Under the pieces are notes generated by a model that made no database searches, was not told the DNA's origin, and was given only the letters and a program-made list of their open reading frames with translations. The position numbers were made by a program, and so were the translations under genes. A DNA stretch of 64,000 nt, taken from contig CBDDEL010000016.1 of assembly GCA_965226885.1 (NCBI GenBank), positions 352,001 through 416,000 of the forward strand, written 5' to 3'. Each line of letters begins with the position of its first letter. Within the stretch, counting starts at the first letter, position 1. This document shows positions 10,601-20,559 of this stretch, piece by piece. This DNA is from Opitutales bacterium (GTDB taxonomy: Bacteria; Verrucomicrobiota; Verrucomicrobiia; Opitutales; UBA2987).

Positions 10601-10681
10601 CCGTAATTCAAAAGTGTAAGGCATCAAACCCGCTGCAAACGCTTTAATAATCCAATTCGTATCAAACCCGGCTTCCCCCCC
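10601..10681 (+). repeat. Conserved non-coding block downstream of cassette array A (paralog at 18373-18455)
   Basis: CCGTAA..GCATCAAAyCCG..GCrAAC..CCAATTC..TCAAACyCGGCTTCCCCCC shared by both loci. Confidence 0.75.
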
Positions 10682-11062
10682 TCTCTCCGTGTCCCCCGTG
10701 CCTCCGTGAGAAAAAATCACCCATCCACCATCCCCAAACCCATTTCGCGTTAATTCGCGTTCATTAGCGGTTAAAAATCACAAATCTCTCATCCAGCATC
10801 AAGTATCCAACATCCTCTCAAACCCCGTGAGATTATTTTAAAATTTCAGAATTTGAAACCAATTCGATTTCCTCACAAAGCCACAAAGAGCACAAAAATT
10901 TTCTAATTGTAAAAAAATTCCAGCCAAGATCACGATACACAGCGATTGCGGTATCGACCATTATCTTCCTCACTTCGTGTCCTCCGTGCCTCCGTGAGAA
11001 AAAAATCATCCCTGCTCATCCGTCTAATCTGTTGTAAAAAATATCCTGTATCCCATCCGTGC
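10682..11062. repeat. Mosaic of short 7-9 bp periodic repeats
   Basis: CTCCGTGTCCCCCGTGCCTCCGTG, TTCGCGTTAATTCGCGTTCATTAGCGG, ATCCAGCATCAAGTATCCAAC, CACAAAGCCACAAAGAGCACAAA, CTTCGTGTCCTCCGTGCCTCCGTG. Confidence 0.7.
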
Positions 11063-11147
11063 AATAGTGTGTAAACGCCGGGATGAAACCGGTACGGGGG
11101 TCGGGGTAAAACCGGTACGCTTGGAATAAGGTTTAGGTTAGTAATTG

Positions 11148-12752
11148 GGTAGTGTTAACATGACGAATGTTTGATATTGCTGTTGTATTCCCAGATGAAC
11201 AAGCACAGGACGCGAAAATGCATGACCAAAGACTTCGAGAATGACAGCGTTTTACGCACATAGCGTGACAGGGACTGTCGCAAGGTATTGTTCCAGCGTT
11301 CGATATGGGCGGTTTGGCCGGATTGTTTCCCGCTGGCGCTGTTGTGAGGGAAAACCTTGTCGTAGCTTTCCCAGTAATCGCTTACGGTGGCACAGTCGCG
11401 ATAGGGCTGGGCGATGTTGTGATACAACTGCCGGTAGTGTATTAAGTAGGAATGGTGGCTAATTCTTGATTATATTGATGAATGAAAAGTCTCAGACAGG
11501 TTTCATGCATACTCTTAAGCTTGGAAAAGGAGAGGGTTTTGCGTGTGAAACGACCCAGTCGTTGGCGCAGGGTATTGTTCCATCGTTCCACATGGGCCGT
11601 TTCACCGGTTTCTTTTCCCACGGATCGGTTATGAGGAAAGACTTCATCATAAGTGCTCCAAAAGTCGCTGTAGGTGGCACATCTTTTGTAGGCCCGTGGC
11701 AGACGCTCGTAAAGTTCCCGGCAACGATATCAATCCCGAGGCCCAATGGCATAGGAGAGGATTTGACGGGTGCGTCGGCAAAGAGCGATCCAAACCCATT
11801 GGGCATCGCTCTTGCGCCCCACAAAAGATCACAGTTCGTCCAGTTCAATGACATCATGGCGGCGGGCCGCAAGAATCGTGCTTTTGAGCGGTCGCAGCGA
11901 TTGTCGTTTTTTTTAACCAACTCAAAACGGTGTTGGGACTCACCCCGAAGGCGCGCTGTAAACCGCGTAGACTGCTGCGTTCCTGATAGACTCGAAGGAT
12001 CATTTCTTTTTGCTCTTCGGTGTATTTCACTGTGGGGTTTTCGCGGCTTTGTTTACCACAATCATGGCAGCGGTAGCGCTGTTTATGGTTGGGCGTCTTG
12101 CCAAATTTAATGATATTTTCACTTCCACAGTGCCGACAATTAATAATTTTAGTAACCATGCACTAAAAATAAACTGCCTAACGCTATTTGTACAGCTAAA
12201 AATACAAAATAACATTCTTTTTTTATACACTACCCAACTGCCAGCACGTTTGATCGCTACGATCACCCAGAGAAAACCCGACGACCTGTCGGGTACGTCG
12301 ACACAAGGCTACCCATAGCCATACCTGCCCCGAACGCTTATCGCCCCAGAATGACCACACCTCGTCCAGTTCCAGCACATCACTACACTGGCGGGCAAGC
12401 AGAGTGGACTCCAGCTTCGGCAAACTCAGGACTTTTTTTAATCCATTCGATGACCGTCTTTGGGGCTACCCCGAAGGTACGGTAAATGGCACGCAGGCTC
12501 ATCCGGTTTTGGTGCGCACGGAGCACCTGCTTGACCAGCGCCGGAGGATGCTCACGACTTTTGGGGTGAAGCCGAAACTGATAACCACACCCCTTGCATC
12601 GATACTTCTGAACCCCTTTCGGATCCTTGCCGTGCTTGATGATGTGATCGCTTCCGCATTGAGGACATTTTACTGTGATATGGACCATTCCCAGTTCACA
12701 ACATAATCACGCTAAAAAGTACAGCTTAAACATTCAAAATGTTAACACTACC
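11148..12752 (-). mobile_element. IS1-family element B, interrupted by IS1-A
   Basis: Ends GGTAGTGTTAACAT/ATGTTAACACTACC; TSD AGTAATTG; InsA 12383-12688 (CPQCGS..CKGC); InsB split into 12223-12423 and 11155-11427. Confidence 0.92.
11433..12234 (-). mobile_element. IS1-family element A (802 bp)
   Basis: TSD CAACTGCC; near-identical to the other A copies. Confidence 0.95.
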
Positions 12753-12855
12753 AGTAATTGCAGGTACGTCAAGGTTTAGGGTTTGGGAGTTGGTTTTGGG
12801 GATTGGCTTGGGGTCGGTGAGGAGGCCGGAGGCCGACGAGCCGGGCCCAAGGCGT

Positions 12856-13623
12856 TTATTGTTTTGTGCCACGGCGACGGCGTCGAGCATCGCGCAAGCG
12901 GTAGCTTTGCCCGTTGGCTTCGAGGATATGCACCCGATGGGTGAGTCGGTCCAGCAGAGCTCCGGTGAGCCGTTCGGAACCGAGCACTTCGATCCAGTTC
13001 TCAAAGGGCAGGTTGGTGGTGACGATGAGACTGGTGCGCTCGTAAGCGCGGCTGACCACGTCGAAGAGCAGTTCGGAACCGGTCTTGGAAAAAGGGACGT
13101 AACCGAGTTCGTCGAGGATGAGTAGGTCGAGCCTTTCGAGTTGCTTCATGAAGCGCTGCAGGTCGTGGTTGTCGCGTTGCTCGAGCATATGGGTAACCAG
13201 GGCGGTGACCCCGAAGAAACGGATCCGCCGGCCCTGGGCACAGGCGGCAAAGCCCAGGGCGGTGGCCAGGTGCGTTTTACCGGTACCGGCGTTACCGAGG
13301 AGCAGCACGTTTTCGCGCTGGTCGACATACTCCCCGCGCATGAGCTCTCGGATGAGCGCTTCGTTGATCGAGGGCTGCGCTTCAAAGGCGAAGCTCTCGA
13401 GGGTCTTGAGCACGGGGAAACGGGCGTTTTTGATCCGCCGCTGGGCGGCCCGCTGTTCGCGTTCAATGAGCTCCCGTTCGACCAGATGCAACAAAAAGGC
13501 GGCGTAATCGAGCCGGTCCCGGGAACAAGCCGCGGCCACCGCCGGCCATTCGCGCAGGATGGTGGGCAACTTCAGTTTCTTGAGGTGATGGTGTAACAGC
13601 AGCTGGTTTTTTTCTTCCTTCAT
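12856..13623 (-). CDS. istB: IS21 helper ATPase IstB
   Basis: Walker A GNAGTGKT, Walker B LLILDELGY, LLDRLTH. Confidence 0.95.
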   Translation of the reverse strand: MKEEKNQLLLHHHLKKLKLPTILREWPAVAAACSRDRLDYAAFLLHLVERELIEREQRAAQRRIKNARFPVLKTLESFAFEAQPSINEALIRELMRGEYVDQRENVLLLGNAGTGKTHLATALGFAACAQGRRIRFFGVTALVTHMLEQRDNHDLQRFMKQLERLDLLILDELGYVPFSKTGSELLFDVVSRAYERTSLIVTTNLPFENWIEVLGSERLTGALLDRLTHRVHILEANGQSYRLRDARRRRRGTKQ

Positions 13624-15125
13624 AAAGCCCCTCCTGGAATCTTGAGCAGTTCGCTGTAGGCACCGAGGTCAGGGGCGGCCACACGGACGTGACGCAGGTG
13701 TGGATGGCCGTCCAGCCGGAAGGTTCTGCTCCCGTAGTCTTCCTGAGGATAGAGATACTGGGCGATGGCCTCACGAGTCAGTCCCCCCACCCGCAGGGCC
13801 GAGACGACGGCCTGCTGCAAGGCCGCCATGGGGTGTTTCTCCAACAGCCGCAGCACCCGGATATACTCCCGGGTGCCTTCGCCCCCGCATTGGCTTTCGA
13901 GCCGGCGTCTGAGGACCTGCAGGCACTGCGGCAACTGCCAGCCCGAGAGTGGGCGGGCGAAGTCCAAAGCGCCCGGTTTTTTCTCCAGCAAAGCCAGGTA
14001 GTGCACCGGCTCGAAAGAGACTTGCTCTTTATCCCAAATGCGGCGGTGCCGGGCCACCTCTTGGCCCCCACAGAAGATCACCACCTGCCGACAGGACCCT
14101 TCCACCACCACCGGATGGTGGGCGCAGCGCACCGGCACCGAATAGTCGTTGCACTCGAAGCGCACCAGCGAGAGGCTGCTGACGCAGGTCGAGCGTTTGC
14201 GGCTCGCTTCAAAGGGTATGGGCGGCAACGCCAGCATGACGGCGCGCTCCTCGGCCAGCAGTTCCTTTTTCACCGCCCTTTTCCCGCGTAATTTACGCTC
14301 CATGTCCCGCTCACATGCCTCCAACAGCTTTGCGTTGAGTTCCTCCAGGTCCCGAACCTGCGGTACCGGTACCAGGAAGTTGGCCCGGGCATAACGCACG
14401 ATCCCCTCGACCACGCCCTTCTCGTTGGGCCGGGCGGGCAGACAGAAGTGTTCCTCGAACAGGTAATGGCTCTGTAGCTGCAGAAACCCGTCGGTCAGCT
14501 TGCGTTCACGCGAACCGATAATCTTACCCACCGCCACCTTCGAGTTGTCATAGCTGATGCGCCGGGGCACCGCCCCGAAAAACTCAAAAGCTCGCAGGTG
14601 CCCCTCCCAGAAGCTCTCCGTGCACTCCCGTTCGAACACCTGCACGAAAAAGGCATCGCTGTAGGGCAGGCTCATGGCAAAAAATGGCCGCCTACGCAAT
14701 TGCCCCGCCTCCTTCACCAGGGCATGACCGAAGTCCACCTGTCCCTCCCCGGGGCGGTGCTCCAGCGGCACGAACACTTCCCGCCGCCTCGCTCGCAGCT
14801 CGGCCACCACCTCCTTGACCGCCGTGTAGCCCCCTTGGTAGCCCTTCTCCCGACCCAAACGCTGGTAGATCCGTTTGGCCGTATGGCGCTGCTTCTTGGG
14901 CACGTTCCGGTCCGCTTTGAGCACCTCCTCGATCCAGCCCACATACGGATCGATCTTGCGCTCTCGCCTCTTCTTGCGCCGGTATCCCGGCGGCTGGGAA
15001 TAGGCCAGCATCTTTCCCAGGGTCTCCCAGTGCAGTCCCTCTTCTCGCATTACAGAGCGCTTGCTCTGCTTGTCCCGCAGCACTTTGTGCCGCACTCTTG
15101 TCCATTGCTTCATATCTCGATACAC
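13620..15125 (-). CDS. istA: IS21 transposase IstA
   Basis: PGEGQVDFG, ISYDN and KGVVE DDE-type motifs; 4-bp overlap with istB. Confidence 0.95.
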   Translation of the reverse strand: MYRDMKQWTRVRHKVLRDKQSKRSVMREEGLHWETLGKMLAYSQPPGYRRKKRRERKIDPYVGWIEEVLKADRNVPKKQRHTAKRIYQRLGREKGYQGGYTAVKEVVAELRARRREVFVPLEHRPGEGQVDFGHALVKEAGQLRRRPFFAMSLPYSDAFFVQVFERECTESFWEGHLRAFEFFGAVPRRISYDNSKVAVGKIIGSRERKLTDGFLQLQSHYLFEEHFCLPARPNEKGVVEGIVRYARANFLVPVPQVRDLEELNAKLLEACERDMERKLRGKRAVKKELLAEERAVMLALPPIPFEASRKRSTCVSSLSLVRFECNDYSVPVRCAHHPVVVEGSCRQVVIFCGGQEVARHRRIWDKEQVSFEPVHYLALLEKKPGALDFARPLSGWQLPQCLQVLRRRLESQCGGEGTREYIRVLRLLEKHPMAALQQAVVSALRVGGLTREAIAQYLYPQEDYGSRTFRLDGHPHLRHVRVAAPDLGAYSELLKIPGGAL

Positions 15126-15203
15126 TCCTCCTTTCTAGGATAAGCGTACCGGTTTTAAAGCGCCCTCTTTACCGTACCGGTTTTTCCCCGGCGTTTACAA
15201 TAG

Positions 15204-16546
15204 TGACGTGTACTGGATTTGTTGGACACGGGATTCTCTTATATTCATTGTTTATTGATTAGTGTGTCAGGCGGCTTGTTTTGGTAAAGGGTTTTGTTTT
15301 CTCGTTGCCCCCCATGGGGGGCAAATATTTTCCTCGAATTGGACTGGGCTTTGGTAACTCAGAGAGGAATGTTTGCGATATCGGTTGTAGAAGATTTCCA
15401 CGTATTCGAAGACAGTTGATCGCAGTTCGCGCTCGTCGGCAAAGTGGCGGCCTCGAATCGTGCTGGTCTTGAAGCGGCCGTAGAACGATTCCATGGCCGC
15501 GTTGTCGTAGCAGTTGCCTTGGGCGCTCATGCTCGGCTTCATGCCTAGTTCAGAGACCAGCCTCTGATAGTCGTCGCTGGCGTAGGGGCTGCCCCGATCG
15601 CTGTGATGAATAATCCCGGTGCGCAGTGTGCCGCGGGTCATGGCCGCGGCTTTGAGGGCCTTGCCAACCAGCTTCGCGTCGTTGTGGTTGGAAACGCTCC
15701 AGCCCAGCAGGCGTCGGCTGAACAGGTCCATCACCGTGGCCAAGTACATCCAACCGGCCAGGGTCCGTAGGTAGGTCGTGTCCGCCACCCAGACCTCGTC
15801 GATATGGGTCGGCTGGCCATGCTTTTTAAGCACATTGGGGCTGTAACCATAGGGATGGTTACTGTTGGTTTTTAATGGCTTAAAGCGTTTACTCTGGGTG
15901 CTTTTGATTCCCATTTCACGCATCAGACGCAGAGCCCGGTCACGGCCGCAATCGATGCCCTCATCATCCTTCAGATGGCGGTGCATTGGCCGATGCCCAT
16001 AGCGGCCCTTGGCCTCTTTGTGTACCTTCAGGATCGCCCCCTTGATTCCCTCGTCCTCGATCCGCCGGGCCGAGGGCGCTCGGTGCCTCCAGCAGTAATA
16101 GCCACTGCGACAAATCCCCATCGCCGAGCATATTTCCTCGATCTTGAAGCGCCCCTCGTTGTCTTTGACAAACTGGTACTTCATTGTTCGTCCTTGGCAA
16201 AGTAGCCCACCGTTTTTTTTAGTATCTGGTTGATCCGCTCCGAGCGGCGCAGCTCTTTGCGAAGACGATCTATCTCGGCCGCCATCTCCTTCGGACTGCT
16301 CTGTCGCTTTGAGGTGGCTTCGCCCTGCTGATCGTCCAGATAGAGCCTCTTCCACCTATACAATTGGTTGGTGTTGACCCCAAGTTTGGTCGATACCTCG
16401 GTGGCGCTCAGACCATCGAGTATCATCAGTTGAACTGCCTCATTTTTGAACTCTATACTAAAGCGTCTTCTTCCCATGCGTCTTCTTCCCATGCTTCGAT
16501 TCTCCATTTAGGAGAATCTCGTGTCCACTTTTTCCAGTGCACATCA
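15204..16546 (-). mobile_element. IS3-family element A (orfA 16181-16507, orfB ending 15267)
   Basis: TG..CA ends, TSD ATAG (inside the IS21 TSD); WVADTTY, HHSDRGS and DNAAMES motifs; A8 slippery site; 15-bp duplication at 16463-16492. Confidence 0.95.
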
Positions 16547-16700
16547 ATAGTGCTCAAACCCCATTTCAAAACCCGACAGGTACCAAAACGATGCGTCTAC
16601 GCATCTAATTAAAATTTTATGCAGCGTTTTTGTACCATTTTATGCAGCGACCACGCATCATTAAAAATTGGCGGTTAATTACGGAAAACGGATTCAGCCT

Positions 16701-16800
16701 CTTCTCAGCCAAGGAATTACAAATTCACTTGCAAATTTCGCCAAAAATTTTATGGTAATCAATCACTGGCTGCGTAGGCGCTGCCTACAATATGTTGGGC
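16701..16800 (+). promoter_or_regulatory. attI-like site B with putative cassette promoter
   Basis: TTGCAA-N16-TATGGT (16729-16756); GCGCTGCCTAC-AATAT-GTTGGGC; the core is the exact complement of the next attC R'' GCCCAAC. Confidence 0.75.
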
Positions 16801-16816
16801 TGAGGAAACAAGAAGC

Positions 16817-17203
16817 ATGATAGAACCTCTATTCCAGAAAGTGGATTGCATCAGCCTTCCGGTGAAAGACCTGGAAGGAGCGCTTGAATTCTATCATGAT
16901 AAACTGGGGCACAGTCTCGCCTGGCGCACTGACAGCGAAGCAGGGCTTGACTTTGCTGATGGCAGCGTTGAATTGGTGCTCCGCCTCAATAATAATCCAC
17001 CTGAAACAGACATCATGGTGGAATCAGCGATTAAGGCTGCGAAACGATTCGAGAAGGCAGGCGGTTCGGTTGTTGCTGGGCCGTTTGATATTAAGATCGG
17101 AAAATGTGTCGTCGTAAAAGACCCTTGGGGAAATCACCTTGTTCTGCTTGATTCCAGCAAAGGTCTTCTAAAAACGGACGAAGAGGGCTATGTCGTCTCT
17201 TAG
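16817..17203 (+). CDS. VOC/glyoxalase/bleomycin-resistance family protein; cassette gene
   Basis: LPVKDLEGALEFYHDKLG and VKDPWGN motifs; bounded by GTTGGGC and attC. Confidence 0.88.
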   Translation: MIEPLFQKVDCISLPVKDLEGALEFYHDKLGHSLAWRTDSEAGLDFADGSVELVLRLNNNPPETDIMVESAIKAAKRFEKAGGSVVAGPFDIKIGKCVVVKDPWGNHLVLLDSSKGLLKTDEEGYVVS

Positions 17204-17211
17204 CTGATGCA

Positions 17212-17265
17212 GCCCAACAAATCATTTGAGCCGAAGCATTCGCCCGGCTCAATTCGACGTTATGC
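17212..17265 (+). other. attC site
   Basis: GCCCAAC-AAATC-ATTTGAGCCG-AAGCATTCGCC-CGGCTCAATT-CGAC-GTTATGC; TTGAGCCG/CGGCTCAA stem. Confidence 0.85.
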
Positions 17266-17301
17266 CATCTTGATAGACCCACAAATGGGAAGGACACTTC
17301 A

Positions 17302-18246
17302 ATGAAGAAAATTCAGTTTTTCATACTTACTTGCGCCTTTGCGGCCCTGATTTTTTTCCAAACAGCAACGGCACAACGACCGCCGATCATCGACGTGCAT
17401 CTGCACTCCTACCGAGCGGAGAGTTTTTCCGGACCCTTGCCCCCTAATTCGGTGACCGGCGTGATGCCTGCGGCGACGACACCCAAGGAGAACATGCAGG
17501 CAACGTTGACGCAGCTGGAGAAATTCAACATTGTGCTTGGCATCGTCAGCGGGCCCCTGGATTCGGTAGATGCGTGGCATCAGGCGGCTCCTGACCGGAT
17601 CATTGCTGGGGCCTATGAGGGCCCGCGAGGCATCCTGCCGGATGTGGCGGTCCTACGCGAATCCTTTGAGTCCGGTCGCCTCCAGGTGATGGGTGAACTG
17701 GGGCTCCAATACCGCGGCCTAACGCCCAACGAATCGCGTCTAAAACCCTACTTTCGTTTGGCTGAGGAATTAAGCATCCCTGTTGCCATTCACACTGGCC
17801 TTGCTGCACCAAATACGCCCTACAAATCGTGCTGTCCTGATTTCCGAGTAACGCTGGGCAATCCAGAGCTTGTGGAGGAGGTGCTGGTCCGGCATCCGAA
17901 GCCCCGTGTTTACCTTATGCACGCCGGACATCCCTACCTGCAAGAGACGAAGGCCATCATGTCTATGTACCCGCAGGTCTACGCCGACCTCGCAGTTATC
18001 AATTGGGTCTTGCCGCGAAAGGAGTTCCACAACCATCTGAAGGCGCTGATTGACGGCGGCTACGGCAAGCGGCTGATGTTCGGCTCAGATTCACAGCTGT
18101 GGCCGGAAGCTATAGAAATGGCCATCCAAGGCATTGAGTCGGCAGAGTTTCTGACAGAGGAGCAAAAACGGGACATCTTCTACAATAATGCAGCGCGGTT
18201 TCTGCGATTGACTAAGGAGACAATTGCTAAACATCATGGTCAGTAA
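17302..18246 (+). CDS. Secreted amidohydrolase (Amidohydro_2); cassette gene
   Basis: Signal peptide; IDVHLH, AIHTG, LMHAG, FGSD and IFYNNAARFL motifs. Confidence 0.88.
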   Translation: MKKIQFFILTCAFAALIFFQTATAQRPPIIDVHLHSYRAESFSGPLPPNSVTGVMPAATTPKENMQATLTQLEKFNIVLGIVSGPLDSVDAWHQAAPDRIIAGAYEGPRGILPDVAVLRESFESGRLQVMGELGLQYRGLTPNESRLKPYFRLAEELSIPVAIHTGLAAPNTPYKSCCPDFRVTLGNPELVEEVLVRHPKPRVYLMHAGHPYLQETKAIMSMYPQVYADLAVINWVLPRKEFHNHLKALIDGGYGKRLMFGSDSQLWPEAIEMAIQGIESAEFLTEEQKRDIFYNNAARFLRLTKETIAKHHGQ

Positions 18247-18262
18247 TGAACATGGAGAGCCG

Positions 18263-18314
18263 GCCTAACAAGCCGACGTCGCTTCGCGGCGCAGCTTATC
18301 GTGAAACGTTAACG
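18263..18314 (+). other. Degenerate attC site (short, probable internal deletion)
   Basis: GCCTAAC-AAGCCGACGTCGCTTCGCGGCGCAGCTT-ATCGTGAAAC-GTTAACG; hairpin with TTCG loop; left spacer appears missing. Confidence 0.65.
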
Positions 18315-18372
18315 CCCCTCGCTTGACCTAAGCATTGACACCGTATTAGTGCTCAACCCCCTATGCAAAACC

Positions 18373-18455
18373 CCGTAAATCGCTAAAGAAAAAGCATCAA
18401 ATCCGGCGCGAACACGTTAAAAAGCACCAATTCACGTCAAACTCGGCTTCCCCCC
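18373..18455 (+). repeat. Conserved non-coding block downstream of cassette array B
   Basis: Paralog of 10601-10681. Confidence 0.75.
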
Positions 18456-18583
18456 ATCCAGCATCCTTCCCTCCCCATCCAGCATCCCTCCCCCCTTTCT
18501 GTCCCCCTCCCCAAAAAAAGACTTGGCAAACCGGGGACAACGCGTAATTTACCCTCTTTCATATCTTTGGCACGCGCAAATAT

Positions 18584-18669
18584 GGTGGGATATCCAAGTG
18601 GCTAAAGGGCGCGGACTGTAAATCCGTTCGGGTAACCGTTCGCAGGTTCAAATCCTGCTCCCACCACCA
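18584..18669 (+). tRNA. tRNA-Tyr (GTA)
   Basis: Acceptor GGTGGGA/TCCCACC-A-CCA, anticodon GTA 18618-18620, long variable arm, GGTTCAAATCC T-arm. Confidence 0.97.
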
Positions 18670-19053
18670 TTTTAATAATCAACGACTTACAATTCCTTTA
18701 GAACCGGATGGCAATGTTGAACCATTGTGATCGAACCCCATCTTTTCTACCACTTTCAGAAACACTTATACTATTAATTATCAATAAGTTACACTGTTTA
18801 TAAGAACAACCTGATTATAGCTTTTTCACTGAGCCCCAACCGGAAACTTTTTTGTAAATTACTGGATCACCTACATAATATACGTCGCCCACGCCCGAAA
18901 TCTTTATAGTCAAAATTTTCTCAGCATGGACGGTCACATCTCCTGCTCCGCTGATACTAATTGTGGATTCTTCCGTTTGAAGATCTTTGGCCTCGATGTC
19001 GCCTGCGCCGCTAACTGATACCTCATGCACCCGGGCGCTTCCAGAGTAACTTA

Positions 19054-20184
19054 TACCAAATCTCATTAGGTATGATAATAAGTTATTTGGCAGAAGCGTT
19101 TGCTTGAATGTGCTGCCAGCCTCCGCCAACTAAAGAGAGGACTTTTTCAGTGTCCTCCCACCAGTCTTTGAGATGGGTTGCGACGACTTCTTCGAGTCGC
19201 TCAATGCTCGGCCACAGTTTGTTGGCCGTTTGATCCTGTATCATATCCCAAAGTCTTTCAATCGGGTTGAGTTCAGGACTATACGGCGGCAGATTCACGA
19301 TATGTATGCCCGGGGGGACGTTGGGGTGCTCCGAGTCGTGCGGATGGAAGCCTGCCCCGTCCCATACAACCACATGTTCCTCCTCAGGATATTGCTTTTT
19401 GATCTGTTGGAGGAAAGCCTCCGTCCACTGTAGATTCGTGCTAGGGGTTTGGATGCATACCATCTCGCCGTTGACCACGTCGAGGGCTCCGTAACAGTAG
19501 CTCCACTGGTATCTTGTCTGATATTTTTTGTGCGGCCGAAGCCCTCTTTGCGTCCAGCACCGGCGGTACACCGGAAGCAAACCAAAACGGCTTTCATCGG
19601 CAAACCACACCCGAACCCGATTGCCTCGGGTGAGGGAAAGCTCCTGGAGGATCTTAAAAAAGTCTCGCTTGAACGCTTCCGCTTTTGCCGAGTCCCGTTT
19701 CTCATGCACGGGGCGAGGGACTCGAAGCACCCCGGCGCATTTTTTTAGCCATCGCCACACCGTCTTGTAGGCGAAGGAGCGCCCGAAATGTCGCTCCAGC
19801 TCTTGCCCCGCCTGAACGGCTGTGTTCCAGCGCGCGACCTTCAAACCATTGAGCAAGAAGGCCTCCACCTCTTTGTCGCAACGGCTTTTGATCCCGCCTT
19901 TGTAGGCGCGTGTAAGCACCGCCCCGAGCCCTGCAGCACGATATTTGTCAAACCAACGCTGGATCGTCGCTTTGCCTCGGCCCACGATGGCTCCAATTTC
20001 ATCAATGCTGTGGTGCGGCTGGAAGCCCATTTTTAATGCCACCAAACGCTCTTTACGCCAGCCGATAGCCTCTTTGTTGAGCAATTTCTTGATACGTTCA
20101 CGGTCTTCATCGGTTCCCATATATCTTCTCATTCCGCCTTTATAGCTGTTTTTTAATCTTTATCAATCCTTTTGCGATTTGGTA
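19054..20184 (-). mobile_element. IS630-family element (transposase 19083-20132)
   Basis: IRs TACCAAATC/GATTTGGTA, TTA duplicated; FADESRFG, WDGAGFH and LPPYSPELNPIE motifs. Confidence 0.93.
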
Positions 20185-20559
20185 TTATATCGGCGGAACC
20201 CGAAATTGTGGTTCTCAGAGATTGGATTTCAAGTTCCAGGTCAACTTCACCGGCTCCCGAAATTTCCAAAGTCAGATTATCACAAACCAGAACATCTGAG
20301 GATGCGATCTCAACCGCCCCGCTAAAAGACAATTTCCTAAATGCAGGCGCGGTAATCTGGATTTTCATATCCTTTTTGTAAGAAACCTTTTCCGCGAATT
20401 TTATGTGCAAACGATTCTTGTGAACTTCGGTAATCAGGAGAGGCAGCAGGTTTTCATAGGTTTCAATTTGAATTTTGGGTTCATCGCCTATCACAAGGAG
20501 TATTTCCGCCGAGCCTCCAAATCTGATTTCCGAAAAAGGTTCCAGAGAACGAGTTTCTG

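Larger units (their letters stand above)
11070..15199 (-). mobile_element. IS21-family element, copy 1 (carries nested IS1-B and IS1-A in its right end)
   Basis: Ends TGTAAACGCC/GGCGTTTACA, subterminal AACCGGTACG repeats, 6-bp TSD ATAGTG. Confidence 0.95.

Noticed and set aside
5936..18583. Integron integrase or its remnant near the attI-like sites
   Set aside because: No ORF with tyrosine-recombinase R-H-R-Y motifs in the track; a heavily decayed remnant cannot be excluded without tBLASTn.
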